From positions 75,602 to 139,601 of the forward strand of contig JBAYIR010000002.1 in assembly GCA_041665505.1 (NCBI GenBank): a DNA stretch of 64,000 bases, given 5' to 3'. The translations under genes and the position numbers were made by a program. This document shows, piece after piece, positions 23,225-32,093 of the stretch; positions within the stretch are counted from its first letter, which is position 1; every line of letters starts with the position of its first letter. The stretch is from Patescibacteria group bacterium. Its GTDB lineage: Bacteria; Patescibacteriota; Patescibacteriia; UBA1558; GWA2-36-10. The notes under the pieces are model-generated. The model was not told the DNA's origin, made no database searches, and saw only the letters and a program-made list of their open reading frames with translations.

Positions 23225-23350
23225 AATCAAAAACTTAATAATTATTATATATAATAACATAAAAAGCCGTAAAAATACAACAAAAACCCCGCCACCAACT
23301 AAAGCCGACTGTGCCAGAAAATTAGCTCTTTTAAGCTGCTTTTCTGCAAA

Positions 23351-23379
23351 TTGCCCCTTCGTAGCTATGGTGATATAAT
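23351..23379 (+). promoter_or_regulatory. promoter at the head of the cassette array (Pc-like)
   Basis: TTGCCC-17-TATAAT with an extended -10 TG (TGATATAAT). Confidence 0.6.
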
Positions 23380-23456
23380 TTTATTATAGTTAAATGGTCA
23401 ACTTCTTATACGCTGTCCTGTTATGACGAAATTATTAAACTTTTAATTATAATTTT

Positions 23457-23741
23457 ATGTTAAAGTCAGAAGAAATTTACAAAAATCTTACCCGCAAAGA
23501 AGCAATGTTGGCGTATACATTTTGGCAGTTTTTAATTCCTAAACTATGGATTTTACTGATAGTTATAGCAAAAATATCATATTCTTTTGGAGATGGCACA
23601 ATTAACACATTATTATTTGTAATTGTTATTGCTGGTCTATATTTTTGGTATTTTATGACTGTAAGATCTCATGTAGCAATAAAAATTGCCAAAAAATTAG
23701 AGGAAGAGGAAAACAACAAAAAGTTTAATAACATCGCCTAA
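23457..23741 (+). CDS. cassette gene 1: small 2-TM hypothetical protein
   Basis: Stop TAA lies within GCCTAAC, as is common for integron cassettes; flanked by inverted repeats 23420-23444 and 23719-23742. Confidence 0.6.
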   Translation: MLKSEEIYKNLTRKEAMLAYTFWQFLIPKLWILLIVIAKISYSFGDGTINTLLFVIVIAGLYFWYFMTVRSHVAIKIAKKLEEEENNKKFNNIA

Positions 23742-23791
23742 CACCGGATATCCGAGGAGCGAGCTAGAATAGATTTAATAAAATAATATAA

Positions 23792-24403
23792 ATGAAACAA
23801 AAAACTACAACAACTAAAGATGCTGTAGAATTAATGAATGAAATAAAGCAATCTTTGCATGACGATATTCTTACTGCATTAGACATATATAGTAAAACTG
23901 GAACTGGATTTTTTGCCATACCAAGACTTATATTTCCAGAGATAGATAACCTTGGGGCATATATGGCTGGAACAACAAAAAATAGCCCCAAAAATGCCAT
24001 CGCCTTTATAAAAAAATATTACGCGATAATTAATCCTGAATATACTAAAAAGGGAGCACTAATTTACTTTATTTATAGACACGGATTAATGCATCAACAC
24101 GTGCCTAAATTTGTTTCATATCGCAAAAAAAATATTGGCTGGCAAATATCTCTAACGATGGAAAATACTAAATCTACCCATTTAATGCTGATGGATAAAA
24201 CTATAATATTAGAAGGCAGACAACTATATACTGACACTATTTTTGCAATAGATGAATATATTAAAGATTTGCAATCTGATAAAAAAGTTTTGAATAATTT
24301 AATTATTGCGCATCAAATGATGATGTCTCCAATAAATAAAACTGCACTACTAAAAAATTATAAAAATTACATAAAACAAGCTGATCTAAATTTCTTAAAA
24401 TAA
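23792..24403 (+). CDS. cassette gene 2: hypothetical protein with RxxxxH (HEPN-like) motif
   Basis: YRHGLMH motif; lies between the two arms of an attC-like hairpin. Confidence 0.6.
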   Translation: MKQKTTTTKDAVELMNEIKQSLHDDILTALDIYSKTGTGFFAIPRLIFPEIDNLGAYMAGTTKNSPKNAIAFIKKYYAIINPEYTKKGALIYFIYRHGLMHQHVPKFVSYRKKNIGWQISLTMENTKSTHLMLMDKTIILEGRQLYTDTIFAIDEYIKDLQSDKKVLNNLIIAHQMMMSPINKTALLKNYKNYIKQADLNFLK

Positions 24404-24475
24404 CTTTCTTAGCTCGGGACGTCGGATATCCCCGTCTGTTGTACGCAATTACGATAATCAATAATAGTATAAATT

Positions 24476-24739
24476 ATGTCATCAATAAAAGATATTTTAG
24501 GTCCATGGGAAGATCCAAATTTTGATAGTAGCCTAATAGAGAGATGTAGAAATGCTTGGGAAAAAGAACTTGATTTACTTACTAATGAAGAAATGGCTAC
24601 TTTTTTAAGACAAAATATTGCGGCTTCAAATATATTACCTCTCGCTAAAAAGAGAATCGCTGAAAAATATGATGACAATACAGAAATGTATGACGGAGAA
24701 CTACAAGAAGCTATTGAAAAATATAAAGAAAACAGATAA
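24476..24739 (+). CDS. cassette gene 3: CdiI-like immunity protein
   Basis: SSLIERC...ELDLLTNEEMATFLRQNIAASNILPLA resembles contact-dependent inhibition immunity proteins (recognised from memory, not searched). Confidence 0.5.
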   Translation: MSSIKDILGPWEDPNFDSSLIERCRNAWEKELDLLTNEEMATFLRQNIAASNILPLAKKRIAEKYDDNTEMYDGELQEAIEKYKENR

Positions 24740-24812
24740 CCAAATACATTAATTATCGTAACTACGCACAACACCGCGTATGCGGTTCATGAGTTAAATT
24801 AAATTATTTTTT

Positions 24813-25259
24813 ATGAGTTATTACACAGCAACTGCCGAAAAATTTGAAGAGGCTAAAAAAATAGAGAATTATTACGTCACTATGAGTGGAGATTATGGTG
24901 GTGATCATTACTTATGCTGTCCAACTAAAAATATCAAATGTGATTTTAAAACATTACAAAATTTATTACTTGAAATTGATATTTGGGATAAAGAGGGTGT
25001 AGAGCTAAATTTTATTGAGATAAAACCTAGTAATTCTTGGCTAACTACTGGTGAAGGTGGCGGAGATTGCCTTTGGTTAGGAAGAAGGCTTGAGAAAAAA
25101 CGTAAAAGAATACAGGGAATCTTAAATGGTAAACGTAAAAATATTGGAACAAATTTAACAGATGTTTTAAAATTTATAGTAAAACTACCTATATTTATTA
25201 TAATGTTTTTACGCATACTTAATGCTTTAAACAAAAGAGATAAGGAAGAAAAAAAATAA
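24813..25259 (+). CDS. cassette gene 4: hypothetical protein
   Basis: 148-aa ORF flanked by inverted repeat TAAATTAAATTATTTTTT / AAAAAATAATTTAATTT. Confidence 0.55.
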   Translation: MSYYTATAEKFEEAKKIENYYVTMSGDYGGDHYLCCPTKNIKCDFKTLQNLLLEIDIWDKEGVELNFIEIKPSNSWLTTGEGGGDCLWLGRRLEKKRKRIQGILNGKRKNIGTNLTDVLKFIVKLPIFIIMFLRILNALNKRDKEEKK

Positions 25260-25285
25260 TTTAATTTTACACTCGCTCACCCAAA

Positions 25286-25327
25286 CCCTTTCGACTCCCC
25301 TTCGGCTTCGCTCAGGGTCGCTCAGAC
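25286..25327. repeat. nested REP-like palindrome
   Basis: Minus strand GTCTGAGCGA[CCCTGAGCGAAGCCGAAGGG]GAGTCGAAAGGG: one unit inside another. Confidence 0.65.
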
Positions 25328-25398
25328 TCGAGGAGCAGGCCGGCAACACTGGATATGAGGCAAAATTATGATAATTAATAACAATATAAATAAACAAT

Positions 25399-25932
25399 AT
25401 GAAAAATAAAACATTTATTCCCATATTTATTTTAGTGGCTATTGTCTTAGCTAATCAGATTGTTCATGCTGTTCCTGCTGTACCTGGACCTACGTGTGAA
25501 ATAACTGCAATAATTTCTAGTCTCGAAAAAAATATAGCAAACACAGAAGAACAAGGACAAAACTCCAGAACAAATTTTGATTATTACAAAATAAATTTAG
25601 ATATTCTTAGTATTTCCACATACCAACAGCGAGATGGTCTTTCTTGTGATAGTTTTGATATAGAACAAATTGAACAATCTGGCCAAAAACTTAGTTTAGA
25701 AGAGTACAACAACAATCCAATCTTAATTGGACAAAAAATCAAAGCAAAAATGAGTTTCGGTGGAGATGAACGGTTCAACGGTTATTTTTTATCAGAAATA
25801 CAAATCTTAGAAAATACGACTACCACACAAAATCCAAAAGACAACGAATCAAGCTATTGGTATTTTGTCATCCCTGTAATTACACTTTCATTGAGTATCA
25901 TTTTATACATATTATTTAGAAAAAAAAATTAA
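25399..25932 (+). CDS. secreted protein with C-terminal membrane anchor
   Basis: Signal peptide; C-terminal TM followed by RKKN. Confidence 0.65.
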   Translation: MKNKTFIPIFILVAIVLANQIVHAVPAVPGPTCEITAIISSLEKNIANTEEQGQNSRTNFDYYKINLDILSISTYQQRDGLSCDSFDIEQIEQSGQKLSLEEYNNNPILIGQKIKAKMSFGGDERFNGYFLSEIQILENTTTTQNPKDNESSYWYFVIPVITLSLSIILYILFRKKN

Positions 25933-25941
25933 AAAAACATT

Positions 25942-26754
25942 ATGCCAAAACTTAAAATATTATTACTCTTTAGTTTTATCTTCATTCTATCTGCTTGCAC
26001 ATTACCAGGATTCAAAAAAACTCCAGACCAAAATACCAATCAAAATACCAACCAAGTTGTAAATACCAATGACTCAGATGACAATGAATATAATCAAGAT
26101 AGCTGGCAATCTTTAATTGCCAAAAACTGCTTGAGTTTCAATGATGGCTGCAATGACTGTTTTCGTAGCGAAGCGGGAGCTACTGCTGCTTGTACCAAAA
26201 AAGCTTGTGCTGTTTACCAAAAGCCATATTGTCTAGACAATGAAGATGATGAAGTAGGGGCTAATCAGCTAGAACAGCTAGTTGAGCTAGGAACTGAATT
26301 TACTCTACACAAAAATGAATCAGCTATAGTCCAAAATATCGGCTACAAAATAACTATCACTAATTTTTTTAACTCCCCTTGTCCTGAAGGTGCTCAATGT
26401 TTGTGGTCCGGAATAGGTATAGCGCTACAACATAGCTTGAAAGGTGAAATCAAAGAAGGTATTGATATGACCGAAGCTTTTGGCTACAGCACAACTATCA
26501 TTGATACTGACTACCAAACTTTTGCCAAGCTCAAAATCCAAGTATCAACAAATACCAACGACTTGAGTGCTTGTCAAACTGCTAGTGACTGCGTAGCTGC
26601 TACTTGCTGTCACCCGACTAGCCTAGTCAACAAAAAATACGCTCCTGACTGCGCGGCTATATCTTGTGATATGAGCTGCCAAGTACCACTAGATTGTGGA
26701 GCTGCCAAAATAGCTTGTGAAAATAATAAATGTACAATAGTATCGGCTGAATAA
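25942..26754 (+). CDS. Cys-rich lipoprotein
   Basis: LSAC lipobox; NTN linker; CLSFNDGCNDC..CTKKAC and CQTASDCVAATCCHP modules. Confidence 0.7.
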   Translation: MPKLKILLLFSFIFILSACTLPGFKKTPDQNTNQNTNQVVNTNDSDDNEYNQDSWQSLIAKNCLSFNDGCNDCFRSEAGATAACTKKACAVYQKPYCLDNEDDEVGANQLEQLVELGTEFTLHKNESAIVQNIGYKITITNFFNSPCPEGAQCLWSGIGIALQHSLKGEIKEGIDMTEAFGYSTTIIDTDYQTFAKLKIQVSTNTNDLSACQTASDCVAATCCHPTSLVNKKYAPDCAAISCDMSCQVPLDCGAAKIACENNKCTIVSAE

Positions 26755-26769
26755 ATATATGGAATACAT

Positions 26770-27411
26770 ATGATAAAAGGAATTATATTTGATATGGATG
26801 GAGTAATTTCAGACACTCAAAAATTACATTCACAAGTAGAAACGGAATTGCTGAGTAGATATGGAATTAAAATAACTCCATCAGAGATTACAGCAAAATA
26901 TGCTGGAGTTAGGACAAGAGAATTTTTTGATGATTTATTAAAAAAACAAAAACGAGAATATGATTTGGATTTGTTGATGGAAGAAAAATGGTCACAAATG
27001 GCAAAGTTTGCTTCAGAATCAGTTGATGCTATTGAAGGTTCTGTTGATCTAATTAAGAGATTATCTATAGCCAATTATCCTTTAGCAGTTGCCTCTGCCT
27101 CAAATTTAAACTATGTCCGCACTGTTTTAAAAACACTGGGTGTTATGGACCATTTTGCATATATTGTTAGCGGAGATATGGTTTCAAAAGGCAAACCAAA
27201 TCCAGAAAGCTTTTTGTTGGCATCATCAAAAATTGGAGTTCCTCCCGAATATTGCCTAGTTATTGAAGATGGAGTTAGTGGAATGCAAGCAGCAAAGACT
27301 GGTGGAATGAAATGTGTTGGATTAGTAAAAGATCTCAATAAAACATACCCCACAAAAAGTTTAGTAACTTCACTATCTGAAATTACTCAAGATTATATAA
27401 ATCAAATATAA
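26770..27411 (+). CDS. HAD family phosphatase (beta-PGM-like)
   Basis: FDMDGVISD, KGKPNPE and IEDGVSG motifs. Confidence 0.9.
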   Translation: MIKGIIFDMDGVISDTQKLHSQVETELLSRYGIKITPSEITAKYAGVRTREFFDDLLKKQKREYDLDLLMEEKWSQMAKFASESVDAIEGSVDLIKRLSIANYPLAVASASNLNYVRTVLKTLGVMDHFAYIVSGDMVSKGKPNPESFLLASSKIGVPPEYCLVIEDGVSGMQAAKTGGMKCVGLVKDLNKTYPTKSLVTSLSEITQDYINQI

Positions 27412-27443
27412 TTAAGAACGGTCAAAAAATAACATAAATATCT

Positions 27444-28832
27444 ATGAATGAATTAGAAACAATCAGCCCTCTAGATGGTAGATATGGCCAACAAACTAAA
27501 GCTTTGGCAAATATTTTTAGTGAACAAGCTTTGATGAAATATAGGCTAATAGTAGAAGTAGAATATCTAATAGCCTTGTCAGAAAATTCTGCTACTGATT
27601 GTCGAAAATTTTCTAAAGAGGAAATAGTTTTATTAAAAAAACTCTGCCAACTCTCTTTAGAAGACGCTAAAATTATTAAAGCCATTGAAACTGATGGCTA
27701 CGAAAATATACCCGCCACCAATCATGATCTTAAAGCTATTGAATATTTTATCAAAATCCAGCTAAAAAATAACTCCTTAAAAGATTCATTGGAGTGGGTG
27801 CATTTTGCTCTGACCTCTGAAGATACAAACAATATAGCCTATAGTCTGATGCTCGCAGATAGTATAGAAAATATTATCTTGCCGACCATAGAAAAATTAC
27901 AACAAGTATTAGAAGAGCTAGCTCAAAAATATAAGTCTACCCCAATGCTAGCTAGAACTCATGGCCAAGCAGCTTCACCAACTACTTTGGGCAAGGAATT
28001 TAAAGTCTTTAGCCAAAGACTAGATAGACAATTAGTACAACTAAGAAACACTGTCATTCTGGCTAAACTAAATGGAGCTACAGGTAATTATAATGCTCAT
28101 TATTTGGCCTATCCAAAAATCAACTGGCCAGAATTTACAAAAGAATTTATAGAAAAATTTAACAAAGAAAGAAAAATCAAATTAAAGCCAAATCTTATCA
28201 CTACTCAAATTGAATCGCATGATTCCTATATTGAGCTCTTTGATAATTTGCGTAGAATAAATACTATACTACTTGATACTAATCAAGATATGTGGAGATA
28301 TATCAGTGATGGATATCTCAGCCAAAAAATTGTCAGTGGAGAAGTCGGCTCTTCCACTATGCCACACAAAATAAATCCAATAGACTTTGAAAACAGTGAA
28401 GGAAATCTGGGTCTAGCCAATGCTCTTTTTACTTATTTTGCCACTAAGTTGCCTATCTCTAGACTGCAGAGAGATTTGTCAGATTCCACAGTAGAGAGAA
28501 ATTTTGGTGTGGCTTTTTCTCATAGCTTGATTGGCTATAAATCACTACTCAAAGGTCTAGGTAAAATAACTGTCAATGAAAAAATAATTATTGAAGAACT
28601 AGAAAGACATCCAGAAGTTATTTCTGAAGCCACTCAGACCATACTAAGACGTGAAGGGATAAATATGCCTTATGAAAAATTGAAAGAACTAAGCCGAGGA
28701 AATAAAACTACTATGGATGATTTTAGAAAATTTATTGACGACTTGGATATCTCTGATGAAATTAAAAAAGAATTGCATGAGCTCAGTCCAAAAAACTATC
28801 TAGGTATTGCCGAGCTCTTGGCTGATTACTAA
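27444..28832 (+). CDS. purB: adenylosuccinate lyase
   Basis: ISPLDGRY, ARTHGQAASPTT, GSSTMPHKINPIDFENSEGN and SRLQRDLSDSTV motifs. Confidence 0.97.
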   Translation: MNELETISPLDGRYGQQTKALANIFSEQALMKYRLIVEVEYLIALSENSATDCRKFSKEEIVLLKKLCQLSLEDAKIIKAIETDGYENIPATNHDLKAIEYFIKIQLKNNSLKDSLEWVHFALTSEDTNNIAYSLMLADSIENIILPTIEKLQQVLEELAQKYKSTPMLARTHGQAASPTTLGKEFKVFSQRLDRQLVQLRNTVILAKLNGATGNYNAHYLAYPKINWPEFTKEFIEKFNKERKIKLKPNLITTQIESHDSYIELFDNLRRINTILLDTNQDMWRYISDGYLSQKIVSGEVGSSTMPHKINPIDFENSEGNLGLANALFTYFATKLPISRLQRDLSDSTVERNFGVAFSHSLIGYKSLLKGLGKITVNEKIIIEELERHPEVISEATQTILRREGINMPYEKLKELSRGNKTTMDDFRKFIDDLDISDEIKKELHELSPKNYLGIAELLADY

Positions 28833-28901
28833 AATTTTCCTTTCCCCGTAAAAATAAGGTATAATTTAGCTAATAATTGACAATTAGCTAAATTTTAAAT
28901 T

Positions 28902-29831
28902 ATGACTGAAAACTTATTAATTCTATCATTCTCATTATTTCTAGTAATCAAAGGAGCTATTTTGTCCACCAAATATGCTGTCCGTTTAGCCAATAATTTT
29001 AAACTTTCCAAATATGTAGTGGGCTTTATTATTGTAGCTGTTATCTCTGTCCTACCAGAAACTTTTATTTCCATAAATTCTGCTTTGGAGGGTATACCAG
29101 CTTTTGGTCTAGGTACACTCTTTGGCTCCAATGTAGCTGATTTGACTTTGGTTTTTGTACTAATTATTGCCTTCTCCAAAAAAGATATTAAAATTGAAAG
29201 TAAAATACTAAAAAATAATATTATCTATCCTTTTTTATTTTTAATGCCCATAATTTTAGGCTTGGACGGTCACTATTCTCGCCTAGAAGGTACTGTTCTT
29301 ATCATCACTGGAGCTATATTTTATTATTTTGCTTTCAAAAATAACAATGATGAAGTGCCTGATATAGCCAAAGAAAAAAGCCGTCTGAAAAACTCCAGCT
29401 TATTACTACTTAGTATGGCCATGCTACTTATCGGTGCGCATTTTACAGTCACTTCAGCCACTAATTTAGCCCACTCTTTGGGTGTCTCACCAATACTAAT
29501 TGGCATGTTGATAGTGGGCTTAGGTACTACTATCCCTGAGCTTTTATTTTCTATCCAAGCTGTCAAAAAAAATGATGACTCTATGGCTATTGGTGACATT
29601 TTGGGCACTGTCTTAGCTGATGCTACTGTGGTGGTAGGTATTATTGCTATATTTAGTCCTTTTGACTTTCCCCAAAAAATTATTTATGTGACTGGTATCT
29701 TTATGCTCTTAGCGGCTTTTATTCTTTCCTATTTTATGCGCACTGGCAAAACTATTTCCAGAAAAGAAAGTGTTTTCTTATTTATATTTTGGCTTATTTT
29801 TGTCTTGACTGAATATTTTATCAATAGATAA
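28902..29831 (+). CDS. Na+/Ca2+ (CaCA, YrbG-like) antiporter
   Basis: Two alpha repeats: SVLPE..GSNVAD and GTTIPEL..GDILG. Confidence 0.88.
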   Translation: MTENLLILSFSLFLVIKGAILSTKYAVRLANNFKLSKYVVGFIIVAVISVLPETFISINSALEGIPAFGLGTLFGSNVADLTLVFVLIIAFSKKDIKIESKILKNNIIYPFLFLMPIILGLDGHYSRLEGTVLIITGAIFYYFAFKNNNDEVPDIAKEKSRLKNSSLLLLSMAMLLIGAHFTVTSATNLAHSLGVSPILIGMLIVGLGTTIPELLFSIQAVKKNDDSMAIGDILGTVLADATVVVGIIAIFSPFDFPQKIIYVTGIFMLLAAFILSYFMRTGKTISRKESVFLFIFWLIFVLTEYFINR

Positions 29832-29875
29832 AATATTAAAAGAACTTATTTTTTAAGAGAAAAAAAATAAAATTT

Positions 29876-30460
29876 ATGAAAAAATGGAAAATAATAAACA
29901 CCAAAGATGTCTCCCCTAGCAAATGGTTTCCTGTTAGCCAGCAGACAGTCAAATTGGGAAATGGAACTATCCTTGATGATTATTTTATTTCTCCTTTGGG
30001 AAATGTGGCTATGATTTTACCATTTACTAAAGATAATTATATTGTCTTAGTCAAACAATACAAACATGCTATAGCTAAAATCATGATTGAGCTACCAGCT
30101 GGCTATCAACAAAAAGGAAAAACCATCAAACAAAGTGCTATAAATGAGCTAGAAGAGGAAACTGGTATCAAAACAAAAATCAGCAATTTAATTCCTCTAG
30201 GTAAAATTGCCAATAATCCTACTAAAACCACTCAAATTAGCTATGGTTTTATGGCCAAAAATCTTGAATTTAATTCCCAGCAAAATACAGATACAACTGA
30301 GGAAATAGAAATAATAAAAGCCAGGCCCCAACAAGTAATTGACATGCTAATGAAGGGCGAAATATGGGGTGCAGATTCAGTGGCTTTTATTTTAAAAGCT
30401 TACTACCAATATCCAAAATTATTTAATATAAAAAATGAACAAGCTAATTTTAGAATTTAA
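29876..30460 (+). CDS. NUDIX hydrolase
   Basis: [16 protein letters not shown] Nudix box. Confidence 0.88.
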   Translation: MKKWKIINTKDVSPSKWFPVSQQTVKLGNGTILDDYFISPLGNVAMILPFTKDNYIVLVKQYKHAIAKIMIELPAGYQQKGKTIKQSAINELEEETGIKTKISNLIPLGKIANNPTKTTQISYGFMAKNLEFNSQQNTDTTEEIEIIKARPQQVIDMLMKGEIWGADSVAFILKAYYQYPKLFNIKNEQANFRI

Positions 30461-31025
30461 AAATCAAGTTATCAAAGCCTCTAGAAAATCTACTTTTATC
30501 CATCATAAATGGTTTATTAAATATCATTTAGAAATAGTAGAAAAAATTGCTCTAGAACTTTGCCAAAAATATAAAAAAGCCGATAAAGATTTGGTACTAC
30601 TTTTGGTTTGGCTTCATGACTATGGTAAAATATTAAATTTTAACAAACAATATGAGCTAACTTTAAGCAAAGGCAAAGAAAAATTGGAAACTCTAGGATT
30701 TCCAAAAGCATTTATAGCTAAAGCTATTGACTATGTGGAAATAATGGATAAAAAAGAAAAAATAAATCTTAAAACAACAGCAATTGAAATAAAAATTGTC
30801 TCTTCTGCCGATGGAGCTGCCCATCTAGTAGGCCCATTTTTCTCCCTGTGGTGGCATGAAAATTCTAATAAACATTTTGAAGAGTTGATGGAAGATAATA
30901 TCCAAAAACATCTAAAAGACTGGAACAAAAAAATTGTTTTAAAAGAAGTAAAACAAGCCTTCAAAAATAGACATAATTTTTTATTGGAACAGTGTGGCCA
31001 ATTTCCTGATAAATTTTTAAAATAA
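30435..31025 (+). CDS. HD domain protein
   Basis: YHLE..WLHDYGK..SADGAAH. Confidence 0.75.
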   Translation: MNKLILEFKNQVIKASRKSTFIHHKWFIKYHLEIVEKIALELCQKYKKADKDLVLLLVWLHDYGKILNFNKQYELTLSKGKEKLETLGFPKAFIAKAIDYVEIMDKKEKINLKTTAIEIKIVSSADGAAHLVGPFFSLWWHENSNKHFEELMEDNIQKHLKDWNKKIVLKEVKQAFKNRHNFLLEQCGQFPDKFLK

Positions 31026-31036
31026 TTTTTAAATAC

Positions 31037-31408
31037 ATGCAAAAAAATCAAAAAATATATAAAACTATTGATGAGTATATTTCTTCCTTTCCTAAAGATG
31101 TTCAAAAAAAACTAAAAGAAATAAGAAGACTGGTCAAAAAACAAAGCCCTCTAGCACAAGAAAAGATAAGCTATCAAATGCCGACTTTTGTTTTAAACGG
31201 TAATCTATTACACTTTGCCGCATATAGCAAACATATTGGTTTTTATCCCACCCCTAGTGGCATTAAAGCCTTTAGCAAAGAATTGAGTAAATACAAAAAT
31301 TCCAAAGGAGCGGTACAATTTCCTATCACTGAAGAGCTACCTATCAAACTAATAGAAAAAATAATAAAATATCGAGTAAAAGAAAATAGTAAAAAAACTG
31401 CCCTCTAG
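31037..31408 (+). CDS. DUF1801 (YdhG-like) protein
   Basis: TIDEYI..EKISYQMPTF..HFAAYSKHIGFYP..KGAVQFP. Confidence 0.9.
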   Translation: MQKNQKIYKTIDEYISSFPKDVQKKLKEIRRLVKKQSPLAQEKISYQMPTFVLNGNLLHFAAYSKHIGFYPTPSGIKAFSKELSKYKNSKGAVQFPITEELPIKLIEKIIKYRVKENSKKTAL

Positions 31409-31415
31409 GCAGTTT

Positions 31416-32093
31416 TTATTGTTTTGATTTTCTGACAAAAGCATTTATATTCCAATTGGTTTTATAGACTCCTTCCGGTTCCAAATCAAAATGGGTAGTC
31501 TTTAGTAAGTAAACTAATTCTCCGGTAGTGAAAGAATGATAATATCGCCAGACAGTGCCACCTTCATCAGTAGTCCAAGGAATAAAAAAATCATTCCAAG
31601 AACGCTTTGACCAAAACTTTTCCAAGGCATAACGCATATATTTTTTTTGCCAAAGATTCCAATTGGTCATAAAAAGCAAACCACCTGGTTTGAGCCAACG
31701 ATTGGCCTTGAAAAGTAAATCAAGTCTTTCTGCTCTAGTTGGTAAATGATGAAAAGAAGCTACCATAAAGACCATATCAAAAGTAGCTGGCTCAAAAGAT
31801 AAATCCGACATATCGGCTACTACAAATTTGGCTTGCGGATGACTAGTTCTAGCTTGGGCTATCAGCTGTTCACTGAAATCTACTCCCAGATAATTGAGCT
31901 TTTTGTCTGACTGCTCCAAAGATTTAAGCAGACGACCATTACCACAGCCCAAGTCTAGTATCTTGAAGTTGTTTTTAATATGTGGTATAAAGACTTGTAA
32001 CTCTTTCCAAGGATAAGCCCGAGTAGCTGAAAACTCTTTGGCGATATCATTGTAGAGTAAACGCAAATCATTTTTTACTTTTTCACTTTTCAT
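31416..32093 (-). CDS. class I SAM methyltransferase, Trm9/ALKBH8-like
   Basis: YNDIAKEFSATRAYPW, LDLGCGNGR, FHHLPTRAER, DFFIPW and RYYHSFTTGEL parallel the Trm9 motifs; start at MKSEK. Confidence 0.75.
   Translation of the reverse strand: MKSEKVKNDLRLLYNDIAKEFSATRAYPWKELQVFIPHIKNNFKILDLGCGNGRLLKSLEQSDKKLNYLGVDFSEQLIAQARTSHPQAKFVVADMSDLSFEPATFDMVFMVASFHHLPTRAERLDLLFKANRWLKPGGLLFMTNWNLWQKKYMRYALEKFWSKRSWNDFFIPWTTDEGGTVWRYYHSFTTGELVYLLKTTHFDLEPEGVYKTNWNINAFVRKSKQ

Larger units (their letters stand above)
23404..25360 (+). mobile_element. integron-like gene cassette array with split attC-like half-sites; no integrase in window
   Basis: Left half-sites GCCTAAC-ACC-GGATAT (23736), GCACAAC-ACC-GCGTAT (24766), CGGCAAC-ACT-GGATAT (25341); right half-sites ATACGC-TGTCCT-GTT (GTT at 23420) and ATATCC-CCGTCT-GTT (GTT at 24438); co-oriented small orphan ORFs. 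Confidence 0.65.

Noticed and set aside
23400-25360. Possible CRISPR array
   Set aside because: The repeats are inverted, degenerate and separated by whole ORFs rather than 30-40 nt spacers; no cas genes in the window
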